Origin: Amphiscolops sp. MND2022
Lineage: Eukaryota
NCBI GenBank assembly: GCA_964187785.1
Contig: OZ076409.1
Span: forward strand, 40,426,001-40,490,000
DNA length: 64,000 nucleotides
Direction of reading: 5' to 3'
Shown here in pieces: positions 11,563 to 25,120 of this stretch. The position numbers and the translations under genes are program-made. Position 1 is the stretch's first letter. Every line of letters starts with the position of its first letter. The notes beneath the pieces were generated by a model. The model worked only from the letters and a program-made list of their open reading frames with translations, was not told where the DNA came from and searched no databases.

Positions 11563-12566
11563 TAGAAGCTAGAAGCCAATTTAATATGTCTCAGTTTGTA
11601 GGTTAAAAGTTCACTTCACTCCCCAAATATTGTATCCCTCCAGTATTGTATGATGTTCGGCCACTGGGGTTTTGAGTAATTTCTTGGTGCAAGTTGTTCC
11701 TCCACTGGTCTGTTGTCTGGTTCACGGGTAACTGTTCACAGCAGGTATTGTTGTCACGGTGTTGAGCGAACCGTAACATCTGACTTGTGCTTATTGGTCG
11801 GTTCGTGGTGGACTGTTGTCTTCCATCTCCGGATCCGATTCCAGTTGTCCCAGTGCGGCTTGCGAGTTCCTTTTTCTTACGGTACTTCCTGTAACCATGG
11901 CACTCTGGGTTATTAAGTCTAACAATCGGATCAGTTTTTATCAGTCTCTTTGGTCTTCGTACCGTTTTTTCTTCTTCATATGTGTGAATTAGTTTTTAGT
12001 TCAGGCAGCCTGCTAGTCCTAAATCAGAAGTTTCTAGCTCATTATCTTCCCCTGCACTGTAGTGAAAGAAGAATTTTCATGTACCTCACCGTTTTCGTCT
12101 GTAAATAGTATTTCCTTGTCCGCTCGTTCAGCTTCGTCTATAGCACGTAGCATGGACGATCTACGTGTCCGTCGTGTGACGGGTGCGTTGACGATTTCCA
12201 CGGACCTGTGCTGTCAGAGGGGTTCTAACTCCTCGTTCTACCCGACCAGTAGGAATGTGTATACATGGTGTTCCTTATATTAGTTTAATGTAATGCTCCT
12301 TGCAAATTTCTCGGAAGGAGCGGCCTGTGAACGCAGTGGTTTTGTCCGTTCTGATTGTTTTCGGTACGCTGTTCATCTGGAGGATTTGTTCAAGTAATCT
12401 CACCGCTGTTTCTAGACGTTCTTTCTAGACATTTGGCTGAATTCGGGCAAAAAGTTCGTTGTGGTTCCTTATTTTTAGCTCATCATTTATTTTCACGACA
12501 AACTTGTGGCTTCGTATGATATCATTTCGAAATCTGGAATTTTGTTTGGAGTTTCAATTTTTTGTA

Positions 12567-12797
12567 CCCGGGTTTCCCGACCAGGCCGATCATAATCTGG
12601 CCATATTATGGCATCATACAAATCATACAAATTTCCTTATTATGATCTTGCAATGATCGGGTCTGAAGTCATATATGGTCCAGAGTGTGATCGGCCTGGA
12701 GTCATATATGGTCCAGAGTATGATCACCTTGAAATCATACTGTGAGTATGATGGCAGAGTATGATTGACCTGTTTTTGTATGGGAGGGAAAGCCGGG
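12567..12797. mobile_element. MITE with CCC...GGG termini, TA flanks
   Basis: TA|CCCGGGTTTCCC ... GGGAAAGCCGGG|TA; internal GTCATATATGGTCCAGAG repeats. Confidence 0.7.
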
Positions 12798-12994
12798 TAT
12801 TTGTTGGGACCCAGCAGTGGCTGAGTTCACATGAACAACAAAAATTTAATAGCTGGAATTTTGATGTTTTTTCTTCAGATTCCTGGATTCAATTCTAAGA
12901 TCACTAATGAGACTAAAAACGGAAAAAGAGCAATAATAGTGGATGAAATTAGCAAATAATTAAATAAACCAATGCAGATTCTCTCATTTTATAG

Positions 12995-13030
12995 CAGCGA
13001 GCGTAAGAACCCAAAGGCGTGCGATCAAAG
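12995..13030 (+). CDS. Host gene possible 36-nt mini-exon (PASVRTQRRAIK)
   Basis: ttttatag|...AAG|gtaaaa, phase 1-1, frame-preserving. Confidence 0.5.
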
Positions 13031-13191
13031 GTAAAAGCGTTTTTTGTGACACGATATAAATAAATTATCTTATGGAATAGATAATCGCTTCAACAGGGAC
13101 TCAATCTGTTAGCTCCTTTCAATAACCACAAACACTTCAACGAGCCTGATTGAAAAGTCCTGGTTTATTTATGTTTGAATTTTGTTTTCAG

Positions 13192-13430
13192 TCATGGAAG
13201 CTGATGAATGTAATCCCAGTCTCTCGACAAAAGGCTGTCAATGTACAGACTACCATGACATCGAAACTTGCGGATGTTCGACGGGATACAGGAACAAACA
13301 GGGCAGTACAAGCTTGTGCACCAAAGCTGCTTCTGTTGGAGTCATGTGGCGTCTTAACTTCTTATGGAACCCTGATTTTGGATCAGATACCCCTCAACGT
13401 GCTGCATTTGAGGCAGAAATATATCCCATG
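13192..13430 (+). CDS. Host gene exon: last EGF-like module and start of SEA domain
   Basis: ttttcag|...ATG|gtaatt, phase 1-0; CGCSTGY; WRLNFLWNPDFGSDTPQRAAFEAEI. Confidence 0.85.
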
Positions 13431-13448
13431 GTAATTGAATTTCAAATA

Positions 13449-13622
13449 CAGTAGAATCCGGTTAATAACACACCCTTCGGACCAAGATTTTTTGTGTTAT
13501 TACGTGGACTGTGCAATAAAGCGGACTGTTTAACATGAGCTTTGTGGAAGCGGGACTGGCTATTTTGGTGTTATTAAACAGATTTTGCCATTATCCGGTG
13601 TGGTATTGACCGGATTCTACTG
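13449..13622. mobile_element. Tc1/mariner-type MITE
   Basis: TA|CAGTAGAATCCGGTTAATAACACACC ... GGTGTGGTATTGACCGGATTCTACTG|TA. Confidence 0.8.
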
Positions 13623-14109
13623 TACTTCTCGATAACACGTCGTATTTTTTGCAAAGACGTATCTCTTATAATTCTTCATCCTTAGCTGAACTATGATACA
13701 TGAAACTGACTATAGAATTGTTTTAATTTCGATAACGTCGAGCTGACAAGTTTCACGAGTCTTTTTTTGAGTTTAAGCAAAAGAGCCTAAAAGCCTAGAA
13801 AATTGTACGCTATATGATAGACAGAAAGATATTAGTTCGATTGGATTCTTTTCATTTCTTTTTCGAAAGATGAAATATTATGAAAGCATTCTCAGGTATT
13901 TTGTAAATTCAGATACAGTGCGTAAACCCGGAATAGAGACGCAAGAGGCACTCATTAAGGTAATTGTAAAATTATTCGAAAGTTCTGCTCTCAAGGTATC
14001 CCCTTTTGAATATTTTTTCATTTTGAAACCGCTCAAACGATGACGCTAGTTTGCAGTTTTTAATGAGAGTGGTTATTTTTCATCAAAATGGCGGTGATAT
14101 TCATGGATT

Positions 14110-14936
14110 CCCTAGTTGAAAAAAAAATACAAATCTTGCAAGAATCTTGCAAGATGTCTTGCAAGATCTTGCAAGACAATGCATTTTTCTGGCAGGTTTC
14201 TTGCAAGATTCTTGCAAGATATACCTCATCTTGCAAGATTCTTGCAAGATGAAACTTTAGCTTGCAAGATTCTTGCAAGACAAACATTTCTCTTGCAAGA
14301 TTCTTGCAAGATATGCAATTTCTAGTTTGTTGTGTTCAGCATGTTCCAAAAAGTCCTCGTAGCATGCATCAGCCTCGTACCTTTGAAGTTCTAGTTTCAC
14401 AGAAAGACAACCGTATGGCAATTTTTTGAAAGGTCGAAAAAAGCGTGTCTTCAGAGCTCGTTTGGGTTTGAGTTACTCTATCTTTGTGGAACTCTTTACT
14501 TTGGCACGAAAAGTGTGACGTTCAAAAAGAACTGGACAAAAAAGAAGTCATTGCAAGAGCCGTGCTTTTTCTCTGGAAACGTCGACTGTAATAAAACTTA
14601 ACAACTGTAACACGCGGGTTCTTCTACTGTTAACTCGTGGCCTATTTAACTTGTGAAATGAATCTCCTTTTTGGCGTGTTTTGCAAAAAACGTGCTATAA
14701 AATAAACTTGTCAGAGTGTACAGAAACCTAATTTCGTTATCAAAGCCTGTGACTCAGAAAAAGTAGAGTAGACAGAGCGGCCAAAAAACAGCTGAGAAAT
14801 TGGATTCTTGCAAGAAATATTTTTTCTGTCAGGTTCTTGCAAGAAATGTATTTTCTGCCAGAATCTTGCAAGATTTGTATTTTTTGTCAAGATCTTGCAA
14901 GAATCTTGCAAGAATTGTATTTGTTTTCAACCAGGG
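14110..14936. mobile_element. MITE with CCC...GGG termini and subterminal TCTTGCAAGA arrays
   Basis: TT|CCCTAGTTGAAAA ... TTTTCAACCAGGG|TT; many copies of palindromic TCTTGCAAGA near both ends. Confidence 0.8.
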
Positions 14937-15398
14937 TTGTCCCCTGCATACAAAAATAGACCTAATAAAAAAACTAATACTGCCGATATTCTTGGCAAAT
15001 GAAGGATGAACCATTACAGCTGGGGAAAAGTTTGGTATGAAAGTCATGACACAAGTTGTCGGAACGCTTCAAAACAAGTGAAACATGAAGAAGTTTGAAT
15101 ACTTCGGCAGAGAAAAATTTAGACATTTTCACAAAAAAATGTTCCATATACGAAATTTCGTTTATGAGCCCTGAGCAGGTGGCCGATTTGTACTACTAGG
15201 TAGGTAAGGTAGGAGGAATGTTTGCCTGCAACTGGAATGCCGGAAGTTTCGGAAAAGAAACTGAAAAATTCTTTAAAGTGACCTTTAAATTGTCGTTTTT
15301 TGAAGTTATCTTTGTCTGTTTTACATAAAAGTCTGAACATGATAAATAGTCACGATAAAGGGCAAAACGATTTGAAAAGACTGTTGTCATTGAAAACA

Positions 15399-15946
15399 CC
15401 CTGGTTGGAACTGCTTGAGCTTTTTTTATGGTTTTGTAGGTTACCAAACTAATTTTCCATGATTTTATAAAATTCTCAAAGAATCGCACCATGCAACACA
15501 ACTTCACTGATTCGATTTAATTTTATCAAGCTGCCTATAAAATGCATCCTAAAGTTGGCAGCAATTTTGCGGCGCAAAGTTTTGCAGGTTTCATTATTAA
15601 GACGCCGTTCTAATTTTAAAAGCAGCTTAGACCGTCAACAATTTTACCGGCTTTCAATGCAAATAAACTTCAGTCACATTATAAGTTTCAAAGTAGCGTC
15701 ATATTCAGCGTGCTATCTGACTAACGGTGATTACATAAGATACTTACTTGAGAAACTTAAGCGTGAAAACAAAGTGATCGCGGCAGTGAAGAAGTGGAAA
15801 TATTTTCAGTTTTAATTCGTATAGTGGAGGCTGCATGGGAATCTTACAAAGTGTTTCCATGTAGGCTCCCTGAATTTTCCATGTTTTGTAAAAAGTTAGC
15901 CTGCATGTTTCCAATCAGCATGTAAAACGTTCAAGCAATCTCGACT
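15399..15946 (+). mobile_element. ~550-bp MITE family X, copy 1
   Basis: CCCTGGTTGGAACTGCTTGA ... TTCAAGCAATCTCGACT; aligns by eye to copies at 17788 and 43673. Confidence 0.8.
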
Positions 15947-16129
15947 GTATGTTTTTGAATTGTTTGTACCTCGGCCAGCCAATTCGATCCAACTTTTGGG
16001 TTTTTCAGGTACTGTAAAAGAATACTTGACACTTTGAAGTCCTTCTCTAGTCGAACCTGCCGGAGAGTTCTCCATGTTGCATCCATGCATGCATTCTAAG
16101 TTTTTGATAAACATATAAAATTCTGATAG

Positions 16130-16591
16130 CACTCCTGGAGAAATTTTGTAGGATTACAATGCGGCGCACATTATTTCAAATAAAACTGAAAACAAATCCA
16201 CTTATTCACTGCTGCGATTGTAAGTTTCTCGCGTAAGTTTCTCAAAGTAAGTACCTTATGTAACCACTGTTACTCAAATAGCACGCTGAATATGACGCTA
16301 CATCGGAACTTATAATGTGATTGAAGTTCATTTGCATTGAAATCGCGGGAAACTTATTGGGGTCACAGCTGCTTTCAAAATTTGAATGAAATCTTGATGA
16401 AACCTGCAAAACGGCGCGTCTCGGAATTGCCACTATATTTAGGGTGCATTTTATAGGCAGCTTGATGAAATTAAATTGTTTCAGTGAAATTTTGATGCAT
16501 GGAAGTCTCTTTGAGAATTTAGAAAATCATGGAAAAATAGTTTGGTAAAAAACCTACAAAAACAAGTAAAAAGTTCAAGCAGTTCCAACCA
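16130..16591 (-). mobile_element. MITE family X, diverged partial copy, inverted relative to copy 1
   Basis: Ends AAGTTCAAGCAGTTCCAACCA; internal TAGCACGCTGAATATGACGCTAC. Confidence 0.7.
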
Positions 16592-17787
16592 CAGGCGAAA
16601 ACAACTTTGAAACTCTTGTAGTACTATAAACTTATGCTGCAATGTAAAGTAAGCCTGATCTTGTGCATTTTTGCTATAGAAAAGAACCGAGTAAAAACTG
16701 CATTTGTGAAAGGCTACTTTAAGGAACCCTTTTTGGGATGATTTTGATGTGGAAAAAATTGCCCTCAAAAAACTCTCCCATTCCTATCAGATGCAAACAA
16801 AGCAAGTGTTCGCAGCTAAAAGGTTCTCACCGATATCGTGGGCGCACTGGATTCTATTTCAGAGTGAATGAAAAATTTCGGAGTTGGCTAATGTGACTGA
16901 AACAAGTGAAAGTGAAATAAGCATAAGAAATAAATGTTTGGAATAATAAATACTTTGACATTTGTGCTACGCGCATTCTTACAGCCAAGAAATGATAGTT
17001 CCAAGCTTGTTTCACAGTCAACGTGCAAAAATTAAAACGTTTTGAGATACCATCGCAAAAATTGTGTTTTTTTTTCAAAAATGTCCTAAATTGTTCCTGA
17101 AAAGGACTAACTTTTATTAACACTTTTACGCCTGAACGGCTGTAGGAACTTTATCTTGTATTGCCCTTTGCGGCCGCGTGTAAAGGTTCAGAACGTTCTA
17201 GACAGCGCATTTACGAGATTGTGAAAAAACGTAACTTTTTGCATGAAATATGCTACCGCTAATTTTTGAGATTGCCATATGGGACCCTTCCGGTGGATTT
17301 TATTTAGAAAACCTTATATCAGACAAAATGTGAGAAATTTGAACAGTCTCAGAGTGCCAAAACATGTAAAAGCGGGACAATTAGGGATTTTTATCACCCT
17401 TTCTGTTTCAAATTTTCCAAAAAAATCAAGCTTTACTGTAATCAAAAATTTTTCGAAAAAAGTCAAGTATCAATGTGACAAAAATTCAAGTTGAAAAGTA
17501 CCAAGATAGCTGAAGTGGGTGTCCTTAGTATGTTTTCGAGGTTCGGCACGTCGGTTTTGTTTTGGACTAAATTCGGACATTTCGAGTATGTTTGAACATC
17601 CGTGAACAAAGAAGTGGACCATACGCGTCCAAAAAAATACACACTGTATGGCAACTTCTCAATGTTGAAAATGTAGTTCAAAATGCTAAATATATGCCCG
17701 GTTACATTGTTTGATTTGAGTTTTGGGCGAAAGGAACTCTTTTCAGCAAACTACAAACAAGTACTGGAAGCACCTGTCCTCACTCTA

Positions 17788-18338
17788 CCCTGGTTGGAAC
17801 TGCTTGAACTTTTTACAAGTTTTTGCAGGTTACCAAGCCTATTTTCTATGATTTTATAAAGTTCTCAAAAAAACGTCCAAACATTAAAACTTCACTGATT
17901 TGTCTAATTTTATCAAGGTGCCTATAAGATGCATCGTATATTTGGCGGAAATTCTGGGCCGCAAAGTTTTGCAGGTTTCACTACCACGCTGTTCTATTTT
18001 TGAAAGCAGCTGAGACCTTCATCAATTTTACCGCGATTTTATTGCGAATAAACTTCAGTCACATTATAAGTTCCAAAATTGCGTCCATTTCTGCGTGTTA
18101 TTTGACTAACGGTGATTACATAAGGTACTTACATAAAAAACTTACGCGTCAAAACAAAGTGATCGCGGCAGTGAAGAAGTGGAAATGTTATCAGTTTTAA
18201 TTGAAATAGTGGAGGCTGCATTATTATCTTACAAAATGTTTCCATGCAGGCTCCCGGAGTTTTCCATGTTTTGTAAAAAAAAATTGGCATGCATGTTTCC
18301 ATGCAGCATGTAAAATGTTCAAGCAATCTCGACTAGCG
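17788..18338 (+). mobile_element. MITE family X, full copy with TA flanks
   Basis: TA|CCCTGGTTGGAACTGCTTGAAC ... GTTCAAGCAATCTCGACTAGCG|TA. Confidence 0.85.
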
Positions 18339-20344
18339 TAATAACTTTCAGCTGCCAGTTTTTGATTTTTAAGTGTTTTGTTTTTCTTGAGAAAAAGAAA
18401 AGTGTTTTGTCGCTAAGCATCAAGAAATTGAAAGGGGACCCTTTGGAGAAACAATTTTTTTCGACAAAGTGTCTTTGTCGAAAAAATCTGAAAAAGAGGC
18501 TCCTTTAGTCTCGCCTGGTATTTTGTGTTACATTTAAAAAGTAAAACATGAAAAAGGGACCTTTTGCACTAAATTTCCGCTACACAAAAAACGCCGACTG
18601 AAAACATAAGAAAAACAGAAGAGAAGTTTTTTTTAGTTTTCGGTTTCGAAAAAAGTCGCACCGTGCCGAAAAACCTGAAGAGGGACCCTTTACTCTCTTG
18701 AAAGGTATTGCCCTGTCTGAAAAAAGGGTGAGCCTTCGATGAAAATTGAAAATGTTGAAAAATCGCATAGTGCAAAACGAGCCTTAAGGGGGAACACTTA
18801 GGCGTAAAGTTTGGAGGCGTAAAAAATGGACCATTCAGTGTGAAATCTGTGGTCTTACAAAAAAACTTTTGTTGTTGAAAATTTTGTTCAAAACTGTTTC
18901 TGTTTATTTGAATTAAAGTCCCAAAAAGTTTCAAGAAATTAGTTTTAAATGTAAAAACCGATTTTAGTTGCGCATCTAATCAGCGTCGAAAATTTACATC
19001 ATTTTAAATTGAGTTTCGATGAAAACGGTTTTCAGCTATCACATTGAAATCATTGCATTTTGTCCAATTTTTTAACGTTATTTTCGAAATAGAACACGAA
19101 ATGCCTGGGAGAAAACAAGAATTTAGGTTTTGCGGAAGAGCAGAGTTTTAAAGTACTCATTTTGATTGGACCTAGTTTTGAAACCTATATGCATGAATGT
19201 ATGAAATATTTTTCAGATCTGTTTCACCATGAATACTAAGTACTTGAAATTGAACGCATCCAAAACTTCCAACATGAAATACAAAACCATTCCATTTTTT
19301 GGCACCCTGAGACTTTCCTCCTTCTTCGGCTTTGTGAGAATTTTTTTCCGAAAATTTTTCATTGTCTCCAAAGGGTCAACTTTTTGATATTTTGAAACAG
19401 AATGGATGTTAAAAAACCCCAAAGGACCCCCGTTAACATTTTTCGGCACTATGAGACTGTTTAAAACTTTCATTTTTGATATTTGTTTTTCCCAATACCT
19501 GTTCAATATTTTTTCGATACTATCCCAATTTTTTATGTATTATCCGAACTATATTGCATTTTACTATAGAGGAGGTGGAGGTTCAAAAAGAAGTGCTCCC
19601 ATTTGTCCCAGCACGCTATATCCGAATTTCTGAAGCGTTTTCCGACGCAGGGTACCCTCTGGGTGTTTTGAAACTCTTTATGAGTTTTCCATTTAAAAAT
19701 GTCCTGAGCATATTTTAAAAACTGCGCGTTTTGAGCCTTAGGTATAGCGCCTTGTCTCGTTAAACAATTGAGGTCTGTACGTGTTTGATTTTTTTGCGTT
19801 CTATAATAGAAAATATGGCGTGCCACTGCGCTTCTAATAAGTTTTGCGAAGCTCAATAAAATATTTTCTTTTAATCAAAAGTATACGGATTTCGTAACAA
19901 TTGAAAACATTTTAAGTTTAGTAAGTTCTGTAAATTAATTAACATGCAATTTGAATTTTCAGACGTCATATAATGCTGTTGGGAGATGATACTTTCATTC
20001 CTTACGTATTTTTTACATGTGGAGGTAGGTTGGCCTTTGCAGCGTCTCCTTATATAGGATATCAAGAGTACCTGGATTTTTCTGCACTCAACTCCCTTTA
20101 TTTACCCTCAACTCGGGAACCCCATTTTGTACTTGAAAAAAATTCTCACACGACATGATATGCATGTAATAGAAAAATACAAACGATGTTGACAATTTTT
20201 TATTTGCAAAAGCTTAACTTTTTCTCTTATTAATAAGTTGTTTTCTTCTGATAAAAAGTTTCTTCAATTAGAGGGTGGGGTGCCTGGGTCGTTAAGAAAA
20301 ATATGGTTTTTTAAATTAAACTAATTAATTTTTATTTTTTTCAG

Positions 20345-20567
20345 CTCAGATCTACTTACAGAGTTTTCCCCAATTTTTATGTCGTCATAATCACACGTCT
20401 GGCGCAAGGATCTGTAGAAGTTTATCATGATTGCATATTTGAAGTGGAAGATGATGAAAATGTTGCAACTGTAGCTGCACAGGCGCGTTCCGATCTAAAC
20501 ACTTTATTGGCCAACGAGACTCTTCAGTCACAGAATAATATGGTGGGCGCTACTGTGTATGCAGAAG
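20345..20567 (+). CDS. Host gene exon: SEA domain core (not in ORF track)
   Basis: tttcag|...GAAG|gttaat, phase 0-1; LRSTYRVFPNFYVVIITRLAQGSVEVYHDCIFE, GSVEV matches SEA G/SVVV motif. Confidence 0.85.
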
Positions 20568-23045
20568 GTTAATATGTTTCTGAAACAATTGGATTGAAGT
20601 GCCCTGATGGAATTTCGCGTGTACTTACAGTTGGCCGGTTCTAGTAAAAAAATTATACCAGTAACGGGACTAGTATTTAAAATAGTACACAAATATGATA
20701 GTATACTGTTACGGGTGATACTGATACCTATAGTCAATTTTCTCCTAGCTACTTGATAATATAGGTTTACAGGCCATGGCTTCCCATCCATGACTAATGG
20801 ATGCGCCATGCCGAGAATCATTCCATGATCATGGAAATATATCCTTCGTTCATGGATGATCATGGACAAAAAGCCATGATGCCATGAATGAAACGCCATG
20901 GTGCCATGGATGAGAATGGCTGAAAGCGACTCAACTTTCCTATATTTTGATAAATTTATACTCGTAAACACCACTAAAATAGAAAATTGGTGAAATGAGA
21001 TTATTTCCAAGTTTAAAAAGACGATATGTCACTTCGTTTGAATTTGTCACTTCAAAAGCTTCCATGGTTACCAAAACGTGTATTTTTCTGTGATGGATGT
21101 TCATGGATGAATAATGGGTTTTATCGTAATCCTGGGCAGGATGATTAGCCAAGTTTCGAATGTAATGAAAACACCATGAAAGACTGGCCATGATTCAAAT
21201 GTGATTCAATGAAAAAGCAATGATCTTGGATGAAAAGCAGACAATGAGTCGTGATTGTCACCAAAATTTTGCTAACTAGTATCAGATTTCTTACTGATGA
21301 ACCGTCCTGACATATTCTGAAGAATGCTATCACAACTGTAATCAGGGTTGCACTGGTTTCAAATTTAACTTCGTTACAGGAGGAACGTATAATTGTTTCT
21401 TAATTTCCCCATCAGAGGAAGGAAAATCACAAGCTTTGTTTTTTCACCTTCCGCCAAAATTCACATGTGGTAATCCTCTCCTGTACGGTTATCATTTATG
21501 ATTAGAGTATCGTCTAAATCAAGGTTTTGGATGGGAATTGGTTGTGCTGGTGTTCTAAGTTCATTTCTTTTTTCTGATGGCCTGAAAGGATTATCCTGTA
21601 TTCTGTGGTTTCTTGGTCTTCAATATCCGATGCGTTTATTTCACCGTCGTTGATGTTTATTCAAATTGGTGTTTCTATTCTTAATGTAGTTTGCTCGTTA
21701 TTTTTTCTGTTAGAAACTGACTGTACTTTTTTAATATTCTCTCTTCTCGCATCATCTTTTCTAGCTTTTCATTCATTTCTTTTCTTAATTCGGCCATATC
21801 TCTGTTTGTATTATCTGTTACTCTTTGAGTCCACACATGCATCCAGTTTTCATTTTGTCTAGTGTCAATTAAAACTGCTTCTCTTTCCCTAACTAAACCA
21901 ACATTATATCAAGATTACTAAATGTTTCTATCATAGTCTCATCACCTTGTGATGCTTCTGCTTCTGAAGCGCTTATCTCTCTCAAATGAGGGTGATTGTC
22001 CTCGTCTAGATCTCTGTTTCTTTTGTTTCCCATCCCAGTTAAGTTAAACGTTTTGTTGGAGAGAAGCAGTTTAATTAAGTTGGAAGATGATTGGAAGTAA
22101 GGTTGGAAACAAAATTGAGAAAGTTTTTCATAAAATCACATTGACAAGATAAAATGAGATTGAAATAAGATTGCGAAATGCTATTTTCAAAGCGATGAGA
22201 AAAGTGTGTCTGATTAGAATGGCAGTTGTTCAAGGAATGAATTTTTATGGGATGTTTTCAAACTCTCTTCTTGTTGCGGTGGTTTATTTTTAGTAACTTG
22301 ACAATCATTTGTTTAGAACATCAACCTTTTATATGTAAAATCTAAAATAGCGCCCCGTTATTTCTTTAGTTATGAAAATAAAATCTTGCATGACGTAATA
22401 TTTATAACTAGGATTATACATGACGTAATGCACTGTTTCCGATTGGCTACAGTTTATAACATACTGTTACCAAAAACATCAATAAAAATGAACGTACTGT
22501 ACAGCTTGAGTTATTATCACACTCTTAATTATCACACAATGCCGAATAGATACTATTGAATACGTATGAGTCATACAACCAAAGGTCACATTCAATATAT
22601 CAAGGGAATGAACTTTTTCTGCATTATACTGTAAACTCAGTACGGCAGTTGAATCAAATGATTTTGATTCAGTATGTGTTATTGTTGTTTAAGAAACGTG
22701 CATAATTTATTCATTTCCCAACTAAACATATACAATAATATCACACATTAAATGAGTGGTCAATTTGCACTACACAAGTAATTGTATGTAAACCATCATC
22801 ATAGACAAAGTTTGTTTAGCATTAATAGTAAACAAAGTTCGTCATCGCTGTTATTAAAACATCATAAGTGTCTTTACATGACACAAGTCTTATCAAGTAG
22901 TAAGTTTTTTGGATGAACCTTATTAGACGGGTTGAAGCATTTGCCATCAATGCTGCACATTGGGTCCAACGCAGGCTCTAGGCTGCGACACCACATTTTG
23001 ATTTAATCATCTAGTAATTAAGTTACTAGAGCAAATGGATGATTT

Positions 23046-23116
23046 GGTCACAGTGACCGGTTGTTAGGGCGTCTGCCTTCGAGTCAGAAGATTTTTGGGT
23101 TCGAACCCGGGATACA
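23046..23116 (+). pseudogene. tRNA-Arg(TCG)-like pseudogene or tRNA-derived SINE head
   Basis: GGCGTCTGCCTTCGAGTCAGAAGATT...GGTTCGAACCC resembles eukaryotic tRNA-Arg anticodon arm and B box; acceptor stem does not pair. Confidence 0.6.
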
Positions 23117-24908
23117 GCTTGCGATGTTTTGCGATACAGCTTTCCCAGGTAGTACGTTGTTTTTGCCATACTTTTCTACAATACGAGAGCGGTGGAAAAA
23201 CTCCAAGTGCTTAGTGGGCATCTTGTTTTCAAGTCTTTGCCTGAACAGAAAGTATGGAAAAAAATCTGTTCTATTTGTCGTTCTCCTAAAAAACAAAAAA
23301 TTTAGCTTGAGGCGGGGATTTTTTTAAAATTATTTTCCTCCGCCAGTTTCTTACATACTTTATACTTTCATTTGGCCTAGGGGGTTAACGCGGAACTTCA
23401 GGCCTGGTGATGAGGTTCGAGAACCAAAAGTCGCACAGTAAACCAAATTGACTCATGCTGACAAAAATAGAAGAAAGGCTAAACTAATTTTCTGATTCTT
23501 GTGAAGAAAAACCGATTTCTGAATCTTTATTTGATATCTGCGGGACTGAGGAGAATTTTCTCGATAATTTTAAAGAATTCGCCTGTTGGCTCTGGGCGAA
23601 ACTTTACGAAAATTTTCCCTTCACTACAGGAATGCTGTTGTGCTTTTTCGATGTTTTCAGTTTATTAAACTCGTTTTTCGAGTCTAAAGGTCACACTTTT
23701 TGGTAATTTAGGCACTGTGCCACTATTTTCATCACAAAAGTTACTTTAAAAAACAAATTCCGGGTTTTGTTGTTTTTTTTCAGTCAAGAAACGTCTTGGG
23801 CCTCCCCTAAAATTTTTCTGATGTAACAGTATAAGTAGACATCGTAGCGGCACTGTGCCTCTTGTATGCATTCAATTCATGCAAGTTTTTTAAACTTCAT
23901 CACAATTGAATTATGAAAGATCATCCATGATCATGGCTCGGACGAGAACTCATGATTCATCTATGAAGTATCATGACAGAAAACTACATGTTTCGTTAAC
24001 CATGAAATATAACAGCAAGTCTGTAATATTTTATGCAATTCATCGAATACCAAACAGGAGTGTTTGTATGGAACGAATTTCGATAACAAGAATAGTTACT
24101 GCAAAAATATTGGAGATCAAAATATAAAATCTTGGAAAGTTTCAAGATGTGTTTTTTAAATTAACTTGTTGAACTAGATTCGTACCGTTGTAATTAAAAA
24201 AACACAAAATTGTGTACGATTTGACATATCGTCGTTTACTTTATAGATATGAGACCTACTATTTTCAGTTCACCTATTTTCCTTTCTAGTGATGTTCAAG
24301 AGCACGAATAGTCCAAACTAATTGGAAGTTAAGGCTTTTTCATTTGATGGGTTCTCATTCATGAACATTCACGTCATCATGGCTGTTCATCCATGACATC
24401 ATGGCTCATGGCTGTTCATTCATGACATCATAGCTGGTCATCCATGATCATCATGGCGTCATCATGGATATGTTTCCTTGATAATGGAATGATTCCGCAT
24501 GGCGAACACGTGAATCGTGTATAAATCATGTATGGAAATCATGTATCATGACCTAAGATAAATATGGCCCAGAAAATAAAGTTACACAACGGCAGGGTTT
24601 CATCATCCGATTTGACTGAAATTCAGGAGTATTTTCAATCAACTTCACGATGCAATGTACAGCAAAAAACTCTTTCCATCTTAAGTTCATCTTTTCAAGA
24701 GTTTTTGAAGAACACAGCAATTTCTCCGCGGAAACAATCATTATACTCGCATTCATTTTTGCTGCGAAATTCCAAGACGTTCTTTTGAGTTAATAGAAAT
24801 ATTGAAGGTCATCATGAGGTGCTCAGTTTCGGCTGCGAACACGTGGTATTGGCTTTTCTGTAATATTTTTCTAAAAATTCGCACTCACTTCACTCCAGGT
24901 TTTTTCAG

Positions 24909-25120
24909 GAACTGATTCTAATGGAGATCCAATTGTATTCGTGCCAGACGAGGGAAGCAACACTCCGGAATCTAGCTCAAAGCAGGACTCTGGCAACGAG
25001 GAGGAATATCTTCTTGTAATCATGATTTTGGCCATCGTCATCATTTTGGCTCTCCTCATCTTCATCGTTCTGTTCGCTGTTTTCGCAAACCGAAGATACG
25101 CAAAGGCCAAGAAAGAGAGC
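24909..25120 (+). CDS. Host gene exon: stalk and transmembrane helix
   Basis: tttcag|...AGC|gttagt, phase 1-0; YLLVIMILAIVIILALLIFIVLFAVFA then RRYAKAKK stop-transfer. Confidence 0.85.

Noticed and set aside
11139..11606. Mirror-image ORFs on both strands
   Set aside because: By-product of the palindrome
13913..13959. AG...GT bounded candidate exon in the host gene
   Set aside because: Has a stop in the phase required after exon 13192-13430
14060..15047. LARFLQD/SCKIL repeat ORFs
   Set aside because: Translations of TCTTGCAAGA arrays in a MITE
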